From contig CAWHMU010000041.1 in the NCBI GenBank assembly GCA_963830365.1, positions 1-64,000 of the forward strand: a stretch of DNA of 64,000 nucleotides. The letters run 5' to 3'. The DNA is from an uncultured Chlamydiae bacterium. Lineage in GTDB: Bacteria > Chlamydiota > Chlamydiia > Chlamydiales > Parachlamydiaceae. Shown one piece after another: positions 31,205 through 42,151 of this stretch. Numbering within the stretch: the first letter of the stretch is position 1; the number at the start of each line of letters is the position of its first letter. The translations under genes and the position numbers were made by a program. A model generated the notes under the pieces. The model saw only the letters and a program-made list of their open reading frames with translations, was not told where the DNA came from and did no database searches.

Positions 31205-32170
31205 CTAGAAGAAATAGCCGAGATCGACGGTGGCGCTATAAGAGCTCCAGTTGACATCGGTGCTGATTTTAGTCGTAGCCGGCAGTCCGTTGGAGATAAA
31301 AGTGCCGAAGCGTGGCCTTAGACGGCCATGATCAGCCTGCCAATATTGATATTTGAAGCCAGCGCCCAAGGCAAGTCCTTGGCATAAGTAGTAGTGGACA
31401 TTGAGGAAGGCCACATTGCCATACGCATGTCTGGCCCTTACCTTGTCGGCAAGACCTTCGGCTTGGGCTAGGGCACTATGCGGGATGGCGTGCTTGTCAC
31501 TGTAACGTCCATAATGGAATTCATAGCCGAGGTCGAACTTCAGGGCGCACCAATTGTAGAATAATTTAATCCCTGTCCATGGACCACGCCATACGGCTGT
31601 GGTCCGATAGCCTCTCTTATAGATCGGATCGTCAACAAATGGCGCTTCCGGATAGGGGCTGGATGTCTTGCCGTGGGTCGTTTTTATTTCTAGCTTGTCG
31701 TAGGCATAGCCCGTTGAGACGCCAAGGCCCCATGTGCACCAGCTAAACAGATATCCAAGGCCGACTTGGAAGTCAGACGTTTGGGCATTGGTGAGTTTTG
31801 CTTTACCTACAAGCCTTTCTGCTAAATCAAAATCATGGGAATCTTCACGCAGCGTGCCTCCTTTTCCCCCATCGCCCCAGTAGCCATAGCCGTCGACATA
31901 GAAATTATTGAGGAAAGCTAAATTGCCGCAAAAGGAGGGAGGCACCATAAAACGGCCGTCAAAACCCCATTGCCAGACGTTGATGCCATCGGCATGGACC
32001 TTGTCTGTCTGGCTCAAGGTGGGCGGGTGCAAGCGGACTTTATTTGTGCGTTGGAATTGGTCATAGCGATACCGGCCGGAGGCGTTAAATTCGCTGCCCA
32101 GTTCAAGAGCCGGCAGGCTGGTTGCATTGCTGATGAGCAAGCAACAGATAATTCCCTTCAAAAGATACAT
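31205..32170 (-). CDS. Putative outer-membrane beta-barrel protein
   Basis: Signal peptide, amphipathic beta strands, terminal VDLGYFF. Confidence 0.75.
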   Translation of the reverse strand: MYLLKGIICCLLISNATSLPALELGSEFNASGRYRYDQFQRTNKVRLHPPTLSQTDKVHADGINVWQWGFDGRFMVPPSFCGNLAFLNNFYVDGYGYWGDGGKGGTLREDSHDFDLAERLVGKAKLTNAQTSDFQVGLGYLFSWCTWGLGVSTGYAYDKLEIKTTHGKTSSPYPEAPFVDDPIYKRGYRTTAVWRGPWTGIKLFYNWCALKFDLGYEFHYGRYSDKHAIPHSALAQAEGLADKVRARHAYGNVAFLNVHYYLCQGLALGAGFKYQYWQADHGRLRPRFGTFISNGLPATTKISTDVNWSSYSATVDLGYFF

Positions 32171-32354
32171 CGTCGCTCCTATCGCTCTTGAATTGACTAA
32201 AGATAGTCTTTTAATGAAATGCCGTAGTTTTTGTCGAGCGCAAAAATCACTAAATCAAAGGAAATAATTGTCTTTTTGCACTTGCATGCTGCGCTTTTTT
32301 ACTCTATGTTTGGAATTTATAGGTCATACAGTAAAATATTGAGGATTCTTATTC

Positions 32355-32978
32355 ATGTTCAGCAAACTGATGCCGCATAAAGCAGAATTTTTTGATTTTT
32401 TCGAGCAGCATGCCGCCATCACACTGGCAGCGGCGGAAAAATATTTAGCCTATATTTCCCATGCATACTCTCTCTCCAAGTTGTCGACTATCAAAGAGAT
32501 GGAGCATCAAGCCGATAGGGTGACGCGCAACTGTATCGAAGCGCTGCATAAGACATTCATCACACCTATCGACCGGGATCAAATCCACAGCCTCATCAAT
32601 GCCATGGATGATATCATGGATAGCATCGATGCCGCGGCCGACGAACTGGTGATTTATAAAATCCAGCATGTAACTAAAGAATTTATTTCGCTGGCGGAAA
32701 TTCTGGTGCAGTCCATGCGGCAGGTGCAAATAGGCGTTAAGGGACTGCGCCGGTTGACTGAAAAGGAGACCATCAACCGAGTCCATCAGGAAGTGTACCG
32801 CTTAGAGCACGAGGCCGATGTTGTCTTAAGGTCTGCGCTAGGACGACTATTCGATGAGGAAGCAGATGCCCGGCAGATCATCAAATGGAAGGATCTATAT
32901 CAAACTCTGGAGAATGCCACAGACCAATGTGCGACTGTCACCGATGTGCTTGAAGGCATCCTATTGGAGAATTATTGA
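32355..32978 (+). CDS. DUF47 / PhoU-like phosphate transport regulator
   Basis: EHQAD, TFITPIDRDQI, EHEAD; upstream of pit. Confidence 0.92.
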   Translation: MFSKLMPHKAEFFDFFEQHAAITLAAAEKYLAYISHAYSLSKLSTIKEMEHQADRVTRNCIEALHKTFITPIDRDQIHSLINAMDDIMDSIDAAADELVIYKIQHVTKEFISLAEILVQSMRQVQIGVKGLRRLTEKETINRVHQEVYRLEHEADVVLRSALGRLFDEEADARQIIKWKDLYQTLENATDQCATVTDVLEGILLENY

Positions 32979-32980
32979 GC

Positions 32981-34009
32981 ATGAGTATTTCCATCGCTCT
33001 GCTGGTGTCGATTGTCTTGGTGGCGCTTGTTTTCGATTTGATCAACGGCTTCCATGATGCCGCTAATTCCATTGCTACCGTGGTCTCAACGCGCGTGTTA
33101 TCTCCCTCTTATGCAGTAATGTGGGCCAGTTTGTTCAATTTCATCGCCGTGCTGATTTTTGCCCCGCGGGTGGCGGATACAGTTTCTAAAATTATCAAAA
33201 TTGCCCCTCATGACATCGGCTATGCGTATGTGGTGTTGGCAGGTCTTATTGCCGCTATTGTGTGGGGATTGCTTACCTGGTATTTCGGGTTGCCGACGAG
33301 TTCTTCGCATGCAGTGATTGGGGGCTTGGTGGGTGCCGGCATCACGTATGGCGGGTGGGAAGTCCTGCGCATGGATAAGTTTCTCGAAGTGGTGATATTT
33401 ATTCTAATTGCACCCCTCATGGGATTCATTATAGGTCTTGTATTGATGGCGATCATGTACCGGCTGTGCTGGCATCTGCATCCCGCCAAAATCCAGAATT
33501 TCTTTAAAAGAGGGCAGCTATTGTCGGCGGCTTTATACTCCATCGGTCACGGCGCCAATGATGCGCAAAAGACCATGGGGATTATCGTGGCGCTGTTGAT
33601 CGCGGCCGGGCATTTTCAACCCGATATCCATTTGTCGTTATATAATCCCGAGACCCTATGGATTGTACTCTCCTGCCAACTGGCGATGGCGCTTGGCACA
33701 GCGCTTGGCGGCTGGCGGATTGTCAAAACCATGGGCATGAAAATCGTCAAACTTAAGCCTATTGGTGGTTTTTGCGCCGAGACGGCGGGGGCGCTAACGC
33801 TGTTTCTGGCGACCATTTTCGGTGTCCCGGTTTCGACGACCCATACGATTACGGGCGCCATTATTGGGGTCGGCACGGTCAGCGAACACCTGTCGCGTAT
33901 CAAATGGGGGGTGGCGGTACAGATCGTGTGGGCGTGGGTCTTGACGATTCCTGCCGCGGCGCTGCTCGCGGCCGGTTTATTTCAAGCTTTCAGTCTGTTT
34001 GTTTTGTAA
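32981..34009 (+). CDS. pit: Inorganic phosphate transporter
   Basis: NGFHDAANSIAT, GLPTSSSH, HGANDAQK, PVSTTH. Confidence 0.96.
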   Translation: MSISIALLVSIVLVALVFDLINGFHDAANSIATVVSTRVLSPSYAVMWASLFNFIAVLIFAPRVADTVSKIIKIAPHDIGYAYVVLAGLIAAIVWGLLTWYFGLPTSSSHAVIGGLVGAGITYGGWEVLRMDKFLEVVIFILIAPLMGFIIGLVLMAIMYRLCWHLHPAKIQNFFKRGQLLSAALYSIGHGANDAQKTMGIIVALLIAAGHFQPDIHLSLYNPETLWIVLSCQLAMALGTALGGWRIVKTMGMKIVKLKPIGGFCAETAGALTLFLATIFGVPVSTTHTITGAIIGVGTVSEHLSRIKWGVAVQIVWAWVLTIPAAALLAAGLFQAFSLFVL

Positions 34010-34019
34010 AACCGCAAAT

Positions 34020-34196
34020 CCTCAAAAAGTCATGGCGCAAGTTTCGGCGGAACGGCTTGAGGTCAGGCTTGCGATTTGCGATTTGAAAGGAGACTCCCTC
34101 CAAAATTCACCTTAGGATTTTTAAATCACAAATACACATAGCAGACCCCATCCAATCCTCAGTCATCAACCCTTGCTATGAGTTTTTGAGATCTTA
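34020..34196. repeat. Composite palindromic element related to 9257-9424
   Basis: ctcaaaaagtcatggc / gctatgagtttttgag enclosing gaggtcaggcttgcgatttgcgatttgaaa...gcagacccc. Confidence 0.8.
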
Positions 34197-34275
34197 GGTA
34201 AATCCCTTTGATTTCTATCTGTATTTCCTGATATCCTGCTGATCTTTAAGTTCTAACGGAATAAGGGTTGAAACT

Positions 34276-35835
34276 ATGTCAGAAGTCAAAATCTCAAGTA
34301 AAATGGAAAAACTTGTCTCGCTATGCAAGCGGCGGGGATTTATCTTTCAATCGTCAGAGATCTACGGGGGATTGAACGGCTTCTGGGATTACGGACCCTT
34401 GGGAGTTGAACTTAAGCGCAACATCAAAGAAGCCTGGTGGCATGACATTGTGCGCGCGCCAGTCGTTGGCATCGATGGCAATCTGATAGAAATTGTCGGC
34501 GTCGACTGCTCGATTATAATGAACCCTAAAGCCTGGGTGGCTTCCGGCCATGTGGGCGGCTTCAGCGATCCGATGGTGGATTGCAGGGAGTCCAAGAACC
34601 GCTATCGTGCCGACCACCTGGTCTGTGCCGAAGTCATCGCTCTACAGCAAAAGCAGCCGCGCTCCTTTGGGGTGTTGGCAGTGCTGGATGGTGATGAAGC
34701 GTTAGCCGTCTGGACGAAAAAAGCCGAAAAGCTTGTTAAGAAAAATGGCGGCGGCGAGCTTATGCCTCCGACTGTCATGGTGCCCTATGTAGAGTTGCTG
34801 CCTGCCCTCCAAAAGGAAGTTATCGGGCCGGATGTGGATCAAGCCGGCACCTTGACAGAGCCGCGCCAGTTCAATCTGATGTTCAAAACTTTTGTGGGAG
34901 CGCTTGAAGATCCTGCTGCCATCGCCTACCTGCGTCCGGAGACGGCTCAGGGGATCTTCGTCAATTTCCGCAATGTGATCGATACCAGCCGCGTGAAGGT
35001 GCCTTTTGGGATTGCCCAAATCGGCAAAGCTTTCCGCAATGAGGTGACGCCACGCAATTATATTTTCCGCTCGCGCGAATTCGAGCAGATGGAAGTCGAG
35101 TTTTTCGTCCCTCCAAACGATGCTGCGGCCTGGTATGCCTTTTGGCGCAAGCAGCGCTACGATTGGTGGCTGTCGATCGGCATTTCAAGTCAGAATTTAC
35201 AGCTGCGTGAGCAGACCAAGGACGAGCTTGCTCACTATGCCAAAGTCGGCGCCGGCTGCAGCGATATCGAATATCGTTTTCCATTTACCGATCCCGGTTT
35301 TGGCGAACTCGAAGGGGTTGCCCACCGCGGAGATTACGATTTAAGGCAGCATGCCGAACATTCCGGCCAGGACGACCGCTTCAAATATTTCGATCAGGAA
35401 AAGAACGAACGCTATTTGCCGCATATCATCGAGCCATCGGCAGGGGCCGATCGCGGCGTGCTGGCATTGCTCTGTGAAGCCTATACCGATGATCCGGGAC
35501 GTCCCAGCGGCGTGGTGATGAAGTTCCATCCGCGCATGGCGCCAGTCAAAGCCGGTATCTTCCCGCTGGTTGATAAGGACGGCATGCCGGAAATTGCCCG
35601 CAACCTGTATGTTGAATTGCGCAAGAAGTGGAACGTGCAGCTCGATGTGAAACAGACCATCGGCAAGCGCTATGCCCGCATGGATGAGGCAGGCACGCCT
35701 TTCTGCTTTACGATCGACACGCAGACCCTCAGCGATCAAACAGTCACCGTGCGCCACCGCGACACATTGTTGCAAGAGCGCATCGCCATTGCGCAGGTGG
35801 CCAAGTTTCTTGCCGACCATATCGAAAAGGCCTGA
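34276..35835 (+). CDS. glyQS: Glycine--tRNA ligase, homodimeric alpha2 type
   Basis: CKRRGF, DYGPLGVELK, YLRPETAQGIF, FRNE, REFEQME, ELAHY, IEPSAG. Confidence 0.96.
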   Translation: MSEVKISSKMEKLVSLCKRRGFIFQSSEIYGGLNGFWDYGPLGVELKRNIKEAWWHDIVRAPVVGIDGNLIEIVGVDCSIIMNPKAWVASGHVGGFSDPMVDCRESKNRYRADHLVCAEVIALQQKQPRSFGVLAVLDGDEALAVWTKKAEKLVKKNGGGELMPPTVMVPYVELLPALQKEVIGPDVDQAGTLTEPRQFNLMFKTFVGALEDPAAIAYLRPETAQGIFVNFRNVIDTSRVKVPFGIAQIGKAFRNEVTPRNYIFRSREFEQMEVEFFVPPNDAAAWYAFWRKQRYDWWLSIGISSQNLQLREQTKDELAHYAKVGAGCSDIEYRFPFTDPGFGELEGVAHRGDYDLRQHAEHSGQDDRFKYFDQEKNERYLPHIIEPSAGADRGVLALLCEAYTDDPGRPSGVVMKFHPRMAPVKAGIFPLVDKDGMPEIARNLYVELRKKWNVQLDVKQTIGKRYARMDEAGTPFCFTIDTQTLSDQTVTVRHRDTLLQERIAIAQVAKFLADHIEKA

Positions 35836-35851
35836 GCCGGTAATTTCAATG

Positions 35852-35954
35852 TTCACCACAGAGGCTCAGAGACACAGAGGAAATGTCTTGTGCTTGCAAT
35901 CAGGAGCACAGGCGTTTTCTCTGTGTCTCTGTGTCTTTGTGCCTCTGTGGTGAA
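35852..35954. repeat. cacagag-period inverted repeat between convergent genes
   Basis: ttcaccacagaggctcagagacacagag / ctctgtgtctctgtgtctttgtgcctctgtggtgaa. Confidence 0.9.
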
Positions 35955-35968
35955 AATTTGATTTTGTA

Positions 35969-36703
35969 CTAGGAAATTTTTTCTTCTTTCCTGATGGCAT
36001 GGCGCATTTCTTTATCGATTTCTTGCCATAGTAAAGGACTTTGACGCGTGGCGTCTGTGATTTTCCATTCCCGAGAGATTTGGCAGCTGTTGAGCAATAA
36101 GATGCGATCAGAGAGCGATAGCGCATCGCGGAAGTCGTGCGTCACCATCAGCATCGTCGTGCCATAACGCCGCCGGATGTCATGCAGCAGGGCATGCATC
36201 TGTTCGCGCAGGCTGACATCCAATGAGGCAAACGGTTCGTCCAGCAGCAGCAGGGGGCGCTTTTGCAATAGCACCCTGGCCAACGACACACGCTGCCTCA
36301 TCCCGCCCGATAGTTCATGAGGATACGCATCCTGCCAATCGGCCAACCCCATCTCTCGCAGATATAACTGAGCCTCTGCGCGCAGCGCAGCTGTTGCTGA
36401 GGCCCGTTTTCCCAATTCGCCAACAAGCAGCAGGTTGTTTAATACCGTGCGCCATGGCAGCATCAGATCGTCTTGTGTCATATAGGCGACATGCTGCCAG
36501 GCGTCGGGCACAACGCAGCCCGCGATCGAAAGTTTTCCCTGTTGCGGTGTCAAAATTCCCGTTAACAACCTAAAGAGGGTCGTTTTACCCGAGCCAGAAG
36601 AGCCAATAAGCGTGCCGATTTCACCCGGCGCAAGCGTCAGGTTGAACTGTTGTAGCACCGCATGGGTGGCAAAGGAAAATGAAAGGTCTTCAATATGCAG
36701 CAT
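35969..36703 (-). CDS. ABC transporter ATP-binding protein (NitT/TauT type)
   Basis: GSSGSGKT, LMLPWRTV, LSGGMRQR, LLDEPF, VTHD. Confidence 0.93.
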   Translation of the reverse strand: MLHIEDLSFSFATHAVLQQFNLTLAPGEIGTLIGSSGSGKTTLFRLLTGILTPQQGKLSIAGCVVPDAWQHVAYMTQDDLMLPWRTVLNNLLLVGELGKRASATAALRAEAQLYLREMGLADWQDAYPHELSGGMRQRVSLARVLLQKRPLLLLDEPFASLDVSLREQMHALLHDIRRRYGTTMLMVTHDFRDALSLSDRILLLNSCQISREWKITDATRQSPLLWQEIDKEMRHAIRKEEKIS

Positions 36704-36887
36704 TGTATTTTGAATGATAGCAGGCCTAGGGTCCTTAAAAAGAATGCCATATGGAGTCTAAAAAAGCAATTATCATTTTGGTTGTTTCAGGTGTTGAAAG
36801 AAACAGGGGTTTTGCTTAAAATCATTGCGCTGACTCGATCTTTCAATGAGTGGCATCAACATTTTTTTATTTATGTAGGAGAATATT

Positions 36888-37217
36888 ATGTCTATTGCGA
36901 ATCCTCTAAATATTCTTGAGGACTTTCCTGTAAATGATACCAAGCTGCTACTCAAAAATCTTAAAGTCGATTTAGCCAAGGTAGCCGAAGAGCCTGGCTA
37001 CGAAGGAGAAGCCGATATCCTATTATGTGTCATCGCAAGTTTAGAGAAGGAATTAGCTAACACTCAAAGTGTCAAGGCTCTCAGCAAAGACAAACAAGCC
37101 AGAGTGCTTGCCGATATGTGTCTGTTGATGCAATTCATGCAGGCCAGTGAGCTCGATGATGAGGGAGATATTTTCGAAGACGACGAATATGAATTTGAAG
37201 ACGAAGACGAGGAATAG
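36888..37217 (+). CDS. Hypothetical protein with acidic tail
   Basis: AGGAG RBS; 109 aa ORF. Confidence 0.7.
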   Translation: MSIANPLNILEDFPVNDTKLLLKNLKVDLAKVAEEPGYEGEADILLCVIASLEKELANTQSVKALSKDKQARVLADMCLLMQFMQASELDDEGDIFEDDEYEFEDEDEE

Positions 37218-37265
37218 CAGAATTTTTAGTGTAAACGGCCTTTTACTAAATCAAACAAGGACCAC

Positions 37266-37874
37266 ATGATGAAACAAGTTTGTCTTCTACTCGTGTTAAG
37301 CATGATGAGCTTAGCTAGTTTGTGTTTCTCATCAACCCCAAAGGACCAGCAACCAATGACAGATAAACAAAAAAATCCCATCGTTTTAATTAAAACGACA
37401 CAGGGCGACATCAAAGTCGAGCTATATGCCGATAAAGCGCCACTCTCGGTAAAAAACTTCCTCCAGTATGTGAATGAAGGTTTCTATGACCATACAATTT
37501 TTCATCGCGTCATCGAAGGCTTCATGATCCAGGGGGGCGGTTTCACCAAAGATATGCAGCAAAAGACTACCCATGCCACCATTAAAAATGAAGCCGAAAA
37601 CGGCTTGTCAAACAAAGCCGGCACGCTGGCCATGGCCCGCACAAGCGATGTCAATAGCGCCACTGCGCAGTTTTTTATCAATACTGTCGACAATCCATTC
37701 CTTGATTTCAAAGGCAAATCATCCAGCGCATATGGATATTGCGTCTTCGGTAAAGTTATCGAAGGTATGGATGTGGTGAATAAGATCAAAAAGGTAAAGA
37801 CTGCTAATAAAGGACCATTTGAAAATGTGCCTGTAGAAACTGTGGAAATTATCGAAGCCAAGGAACTAAGCTAA
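37266..37874 (+). CDS. Cyclophilin-type peptidyl-prolyl isomerase with signal peptide
   Basis: [36 protein letters not shown]. Confidence 0.96.
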   Translation: MMKQVCLLLVLSMMSLASLCFSSTPKDQQPMTDKQKNPIVLIKTTQGDIKVELYADKAPLSVKNFLQYVNEGFYDHTIFHRVIEGFMIQGGGFTKDMQQKTTHATIKNEAENGLSNKAGTLAMARTSDVNSATAQFFINTVDNPFLDFKGKSSSAYGYCVFGKVIEGMDVVNKIKKVKTANKGPFENVPVETVEIIEAKELS

Positions 37875-37894
37875 GTTATCTTGTTAAGTCCATA

Positions 37895-37933
37895 GGCCAC
37901 GCGCGGCTTGCCCGCGCGTGGCCGCCAAAAAAA
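37895..37933. terminator. GC-rich hairpin, possible terminator
   Basis: ggccacgcgcgg/ccgcgcgtggcc followed by an A-run. Confidence 0.45.
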
Positions 37934-38202
37934 GTCGTTAGTCATCCGGCCCACCTGCCTTAAATGGAAGTCGTGATCATCTCTCCGGACAAGAAAGTTG
38001 ATTGATAGCGACAAGTCTTTCTCTGTAAGCTCTGTGAGCTCTGTAGTCGTAAATTTTTAAATGCAAGGCGCGATCGGCGACATAGTTAACAGTTGGTTCA
38101 CCTACATAGGTAATACTTTTCGGTTAGTTGTTTGATATTAGTACTTGATGTAATGTGAATTGGCGGTTATGCTTTTTGTTTTTATATAAAGGCGGGTGTT
38201 TT

Positions 38203-40134
38203 ATGTCGTCTGTAGATTCAGTTGGTAACAGCATTTTTTATGCGCACGCGATGCCGACCCAAAAGGCCGACACTTCAATTTCCTTGAAAATAGCATCACA
38301 AGCTATCCCCCATCAAACATTAATGGCGAACATAGAAGGCATAAAGGGAAAGGTCTCTACCAATCCGTCCTATACCCTAAGCCAGGCGGAACAGGCCCAA
38401 GTTAAAGAAGCCTTTGTCCGATGCAATCAGCTATTTTCGGGAGATTTGTTAAAAAAGCTAAGCCAGCTGCCGCCGGATGCCGTCAAAACAGCCATCTTCA
38501 GCGCCCTTGAAGAGGGCGATGAATCCAAAATCCAGGACAGCCTGCGCTGTTTTCTGAAAGCTCTGGCCGATACTAACCTTGCCTATCTGGCGGATCTCAA
38601 TCCGGAAAGAATGAACGACATCCTGAAATCGAATGCGTTGATCAGCGACCGGGCACTGAAAAGCGTGCTGCATACCAAAGGCAAAGCCATTGGCAGGGAG
38701 CTCAAATATCAGATTTCATATTTTACCCATCACCTCATTCGAATGTTCATCTCACTGACGGGCCTGACGGAAATAGGGGGAGGAAAGGCGACGCAGTGGG
38801 ATTCCGGTGAAATGAAAAGCTATGAGGCTAAAGCCAAATTGGAGTTCTATATAATTTTACTGGCCGCTCCCTCAATTCTTTTTGCCTCTTTATTTGCCAT
38901 TTTGGGGTCCGCTGCCGCCGCCATCACCGTCACCGGCATCGCCATCGCCGGCTGTTTGCTAATGATTCCCGTCTACCAGCGCTATTTAAGGCCCTGTCCA
39001 AATAGCTATATGGGCCTGGAAAATCTAAATCAAAAGATATTGCGCAGCAATGAACCGCCAATTTTCCAAAGAACAGATATCTTGAATCGCATCCAAAGCG
39101 CCTTTCGGGCGGGTAAAGGGGTGGTGTTGACCGGAGATGCAGGCACCGGCAAGACTTCGATTGCGGATTCTTTAGCAGGACTGATTGTTTCACAGCAGGC
39201 CGCCGCCTTTCTGCATAAAGCCCAAATGTTCTCCACCAATGCCAATCAATTCAAAAGCTCGGGTTATGACAACTTGAGTTTTAATTCGATCGGTGAGCAT
39301 TTCCAGGATCACTCAAAAGATGTTATCTTTTTCATCGATGAAATCGCCGGCCTTTTCGGAGGCGGGGATAGAAAGGGCAACCCCGCGAAATCGCTGCTGA
39401 CCTTTGCCGACAAGTACCGTTATATCTTATGCGCCACTACCAATGCCGAATATGAAAAGATGAAGAGAAGAGAAGAGGATTTCACCCCGTTCAACCGGCG
39501 CTTTGTGCACATAAAAATCGGTGCCTTGAAGCCGCAAGAGCTCGAAATCGCTCTTTATGAACATCTCCATTACAAATCTCCAGAGTTGATGCTGGAAGAA
39601 AATGTGCTCTCTTACATTGCTGAGAAAGCTGCCGAATTTAATTCTAAGACCTCCCAAGTTGATGCTTCCATCTCTTTACTGGCAAGCGCCATCGACAAAG
39701 CTACCTATATTACCTTTGAGACCCAGGAAAAGCAGGTCGATGACTTAAAGCTGGAAATCGATTATTTAGAAAAACATCTTCTGCATAGCGATCAAGAAGT
39801 GTCGAAGAAGGTATTGGAATCCTACCAGCAAAAACAAATCGCGCTGGCTAGTGCCAAAAGCGAGCTTTCCGGCAAGCTTGAAGCCCTGAACCGCATCAGA
39901 AAAATCGAAGCCGTCTGTCTTGAAATAAAACGCCAGGGCTATCAACTGGCGGCTAAAAGCCTAAAAGCGGCCTCGCCGAATCCAAAGCAATGGATGATTA
40001 ACCACGCCATCCACAAAATCTTCACCGACTTTGTCGCCCTCAAACGCCGGCAGCTCGGCCTGCCGATAGGCATCAATAAGGCGCTGATCGACAGCCTTGT
40101 AGCTGCATCTAAAGAAGCTGCCTCTGTTGCTTAG
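38203..40134 (+). CDS. Membrane-anchored AAA+ ATPase with a single ClpA/B NBD1-like domain
   Basis: GDAGTGKT, FFIDEI, CATTNAEY, FNRRF; long hydrophobic segment upstream, coiled coil downstream. Confidence 0.8.
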   Translation: MSSVDSVGNSIFYAHAMPTQKADTSISLKIASQAIPHQTLMANIEGIKGKVSTNPSYTLSQAEQAQVKEAFVRCNQLFSGDLLKKLSQLPPDAVKTAIFSALEEGDESKIQDSLRCFLKALADTNLAYLADLNPERMNDILKSNALISDRALKSVLHTKGKAIGRELKYQISYFTHHLIRMFISLTGLTEIGGGKATQWDSGEMKSYEAKAKLEFYIILLAAPSILFASLFAILGSAAAAITVTGIAIAGCLLMIPVYQRYLRPCPNSYMGLENLNQKILRSNEPPIFQRTDILNRIQSAFRAGKGVVLTGDAGTGKTSIADSLAGLIVSQQAAAFLHKAQMFSTNANQFKSSGYDNLSFNSIGEHFQDHSKDVIFFIDEIAGLFGGGDRKGNPAKSLLTFADKYRYILCATTNAEYEKMKRREEDFTPFNRRFVHIKIGALKPQELEIALYEHLHYKSPELMLEENVLSYIAEKAAEFNSKTSQVDASISLLASAIDKATYITFETQEKQVDDLKLEIDYLEKHLLHSDQEVSKKVLESYQQKQIALASAKSELSGKLEALNRIRKIEAVCLEIKRQGYQLAAKSLKAASPNPKQWMINHAIHKIFTDFVALKRRQLGLPIGINKALIDSLVAASKEAASVA

Positions 40135-41032
40135 TGGACTTTATTATTAGTTCTAGATAGCACCTCTACCATGAAATCGATGAATTTGCGGATTTTGATG
40201 TGGACATGCGAGGTCTGTAAATAAGAAATGTGAATAGGAATGGTATTTTTATCTTCATTGTATTCATGCAGAATTTCGACTAGTCTATTTTCCTTTAAAT
40301 CATCAGCGATGATGTAGTCATGCAGCTGGGCGATACCAAGGCCTCCCAGTGCACACCTTCTGATGGCGCGCGTATCGTTGACATACAAATATGGTTGGAA
40401 GTGGATCGTTTGACCTGTTTTGAATTCGATGATATTATTTGGCCGGCGCTGCGTCCGGGTAATAATCAGGTGCTCTGCTAGATCGGAGGGCTTTTTCGGC
40501 ATGCCATATTTCGTCACATATTCTGGCGAAGCACAAAATACCCATCGTGCATACATTAATGTCCGCTGAATACAGTTGACAGAGATCCCTGTGGTAAGCC
40601 CCACCACAATATCCACGTTCTCCTTTTCCACATCAGGCATCGTCTGGGTGAATTCTATATGAAGGCGCAGCTTAGGATAGCGTTCGAGAAATTCCTTTAA
40701 ATGTGGAATCACATACAAATTGCCAATCTGGGGGGGCCACATACTATTTTTAATATTCCGGAAGGTTCTTCTTTGAAATGTGAAATGGCAGCTTCGGCCT
40801 GCTGATAGGCTTCCAGGATGTGTTTGGCATGATCAAAATACAATAATCCTTCAGCCGTTAAATCAATTCGCCGTGTAGACCGTTTCAAAAGTTGAGTGTT
40901 GAGTTGATCTTCTAAGGCTGAAATATGCTTACTGACGGCTGCAGAGGTGATTTTTAGATGGCGGGAAGCCGCCGCCATAGAAGCACGGTTTACAACCTCG
41001 ATGAAAGTGACTAGCCAGACTGGATTTATCAT
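40131..41032 (-). CDS. LysR-family regulator (frameshift in G7 run 40730-40736)
   Basis: HTH ORF (AAVSKHISALEDQL...RSTRRIDLT) and substrate-binding ORF overlap at the homopolymer. Confidence 0.85.
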
Positions 41033-41067
41033 ATTTATTGTATTGCCTTGCATTATCCGGCTTTTGA

Positions 41068-41343
41068 TTTAATTTCGAGCATCTAAACATCAAGTATCAA
41101 GAATCTTGAATTAGCCGTGAAGACGGCGACAGCAAGTAGCCACAGGTGTTAACCTGTGGTAAATTCATCCGCAATATCCAGCCGTGGCTACGGCGGCAGA
41201 GCCTTGAAGACCCTGCCGCCGTAGCCACGGCTAAATCTCTTTGGCAGTGATTGCCACTGGCTTGCACCTGTGGCTAGTTGCTGCCGCCGTATTCACGGTT
41301 AATGCAAGCTCTTGGCCTGGATGTTTAGATGCACGAAATTAAA
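41068..41343. repeat. Long nested palindrome (REPIN-like)
   Basis: tttaatttcgagcatctaaacatc / gatgtttagatgcacgaaattaaa outer arms; inner agccgtggctacggcggcag / ctgccgccgtagccacggct. Confidence 0.9.
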
Positions 41344-41537
41344 GCATTAGCCCAATATGTCAAATTCTCACTAGATCATGGTATAACGCATTATCAACGA
41401 TTCGTAACAGGTATCAACTTGTCATGGTATTATAAACTATCTGTTGATTAAATACAATGTGCGTATTACTTAAACAAATCGATACCGTTGGTGTTGTTTG
41501 TGGTAGTTAAACTAAATAATAAAAAAAAGGATTTAAC

Positions 41538-42011
41538 ATGAAAGTTGTTTTTAAAAAAACGGCATTTATTTTAGCCACCTGCTGCCTGGCTTCCGCAAGC
41601 TTACCATTATTGGCCAATCCCGAGATCACCCAAATTATGACAGATCAGGCTCCTAAAGCCATAGGCCCTTATTCTCAAGCCATTTGTGCAGGGTCTTATG
41701 TCTTTGTTTCCGGACAGATTGCCATCGATCCTAGCCTTGGCAAGTTAGCTGGTGAGACGATTGAAGCACAAACCAGGCAGGTGTTGAAAAACATGGAAGC
41801 CATTTTAGCCGCTCAAGGATTGACCCTTGAAAATGTTGTGAAAACAGATGTTTATCTAAAGGATTTGAAAGATTTTCAAGCGATGAATGGCGTTTATGGC
41901 GAGAAATTTTCATATGCCATCAATCCTGCACGAGCAACGGTGCAGATCAGCAAGCTGCCGCTTGATGCGTTGGTTGAAATCTCATGTGTGGCCTTCATCC
42001 CTGGTCAATAA
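41538..42011 (+). CDS. RidA/YjgF family protein with signal-peptide-like N-terminus
   Basis: APKAIGPYSQA, VSGQI, PARATVQISKLPLDALVEI. Confidence 0.92.
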   Translation: MKVVFKKTAFILATCCLASASLPLLANPEITQIMTDQAPKAIGPYSQAICAGSYVFVSGQIAIDPSLGKLAGETIEAQTRQVLKNMEAILAAQGLTLENVVKTDVYLKDLKDFQAMNGVYGEKFSYAINPARATVQISKLPLDALVEISCVAFIPGQ

Positions 42012-42151
42012 TTATAGAAAGGGTTAGTTAGGAGTTTCAAGCTATGTCATAGCTGGTCTACGAAAGTGGGGCGGGTCTTAGGCATAAGGGATCCAAGGGA
42101 TTTCATCCCTTGGCAGGGGGATTATTAAGGGGGACAGCGTCCCCCTTAATT

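Noticed and set aside
40730..40736. G7 tract in LysR as a phase-variation switch
   Set aside because: Cannot be distinguished from homopolymer error given the other indels.
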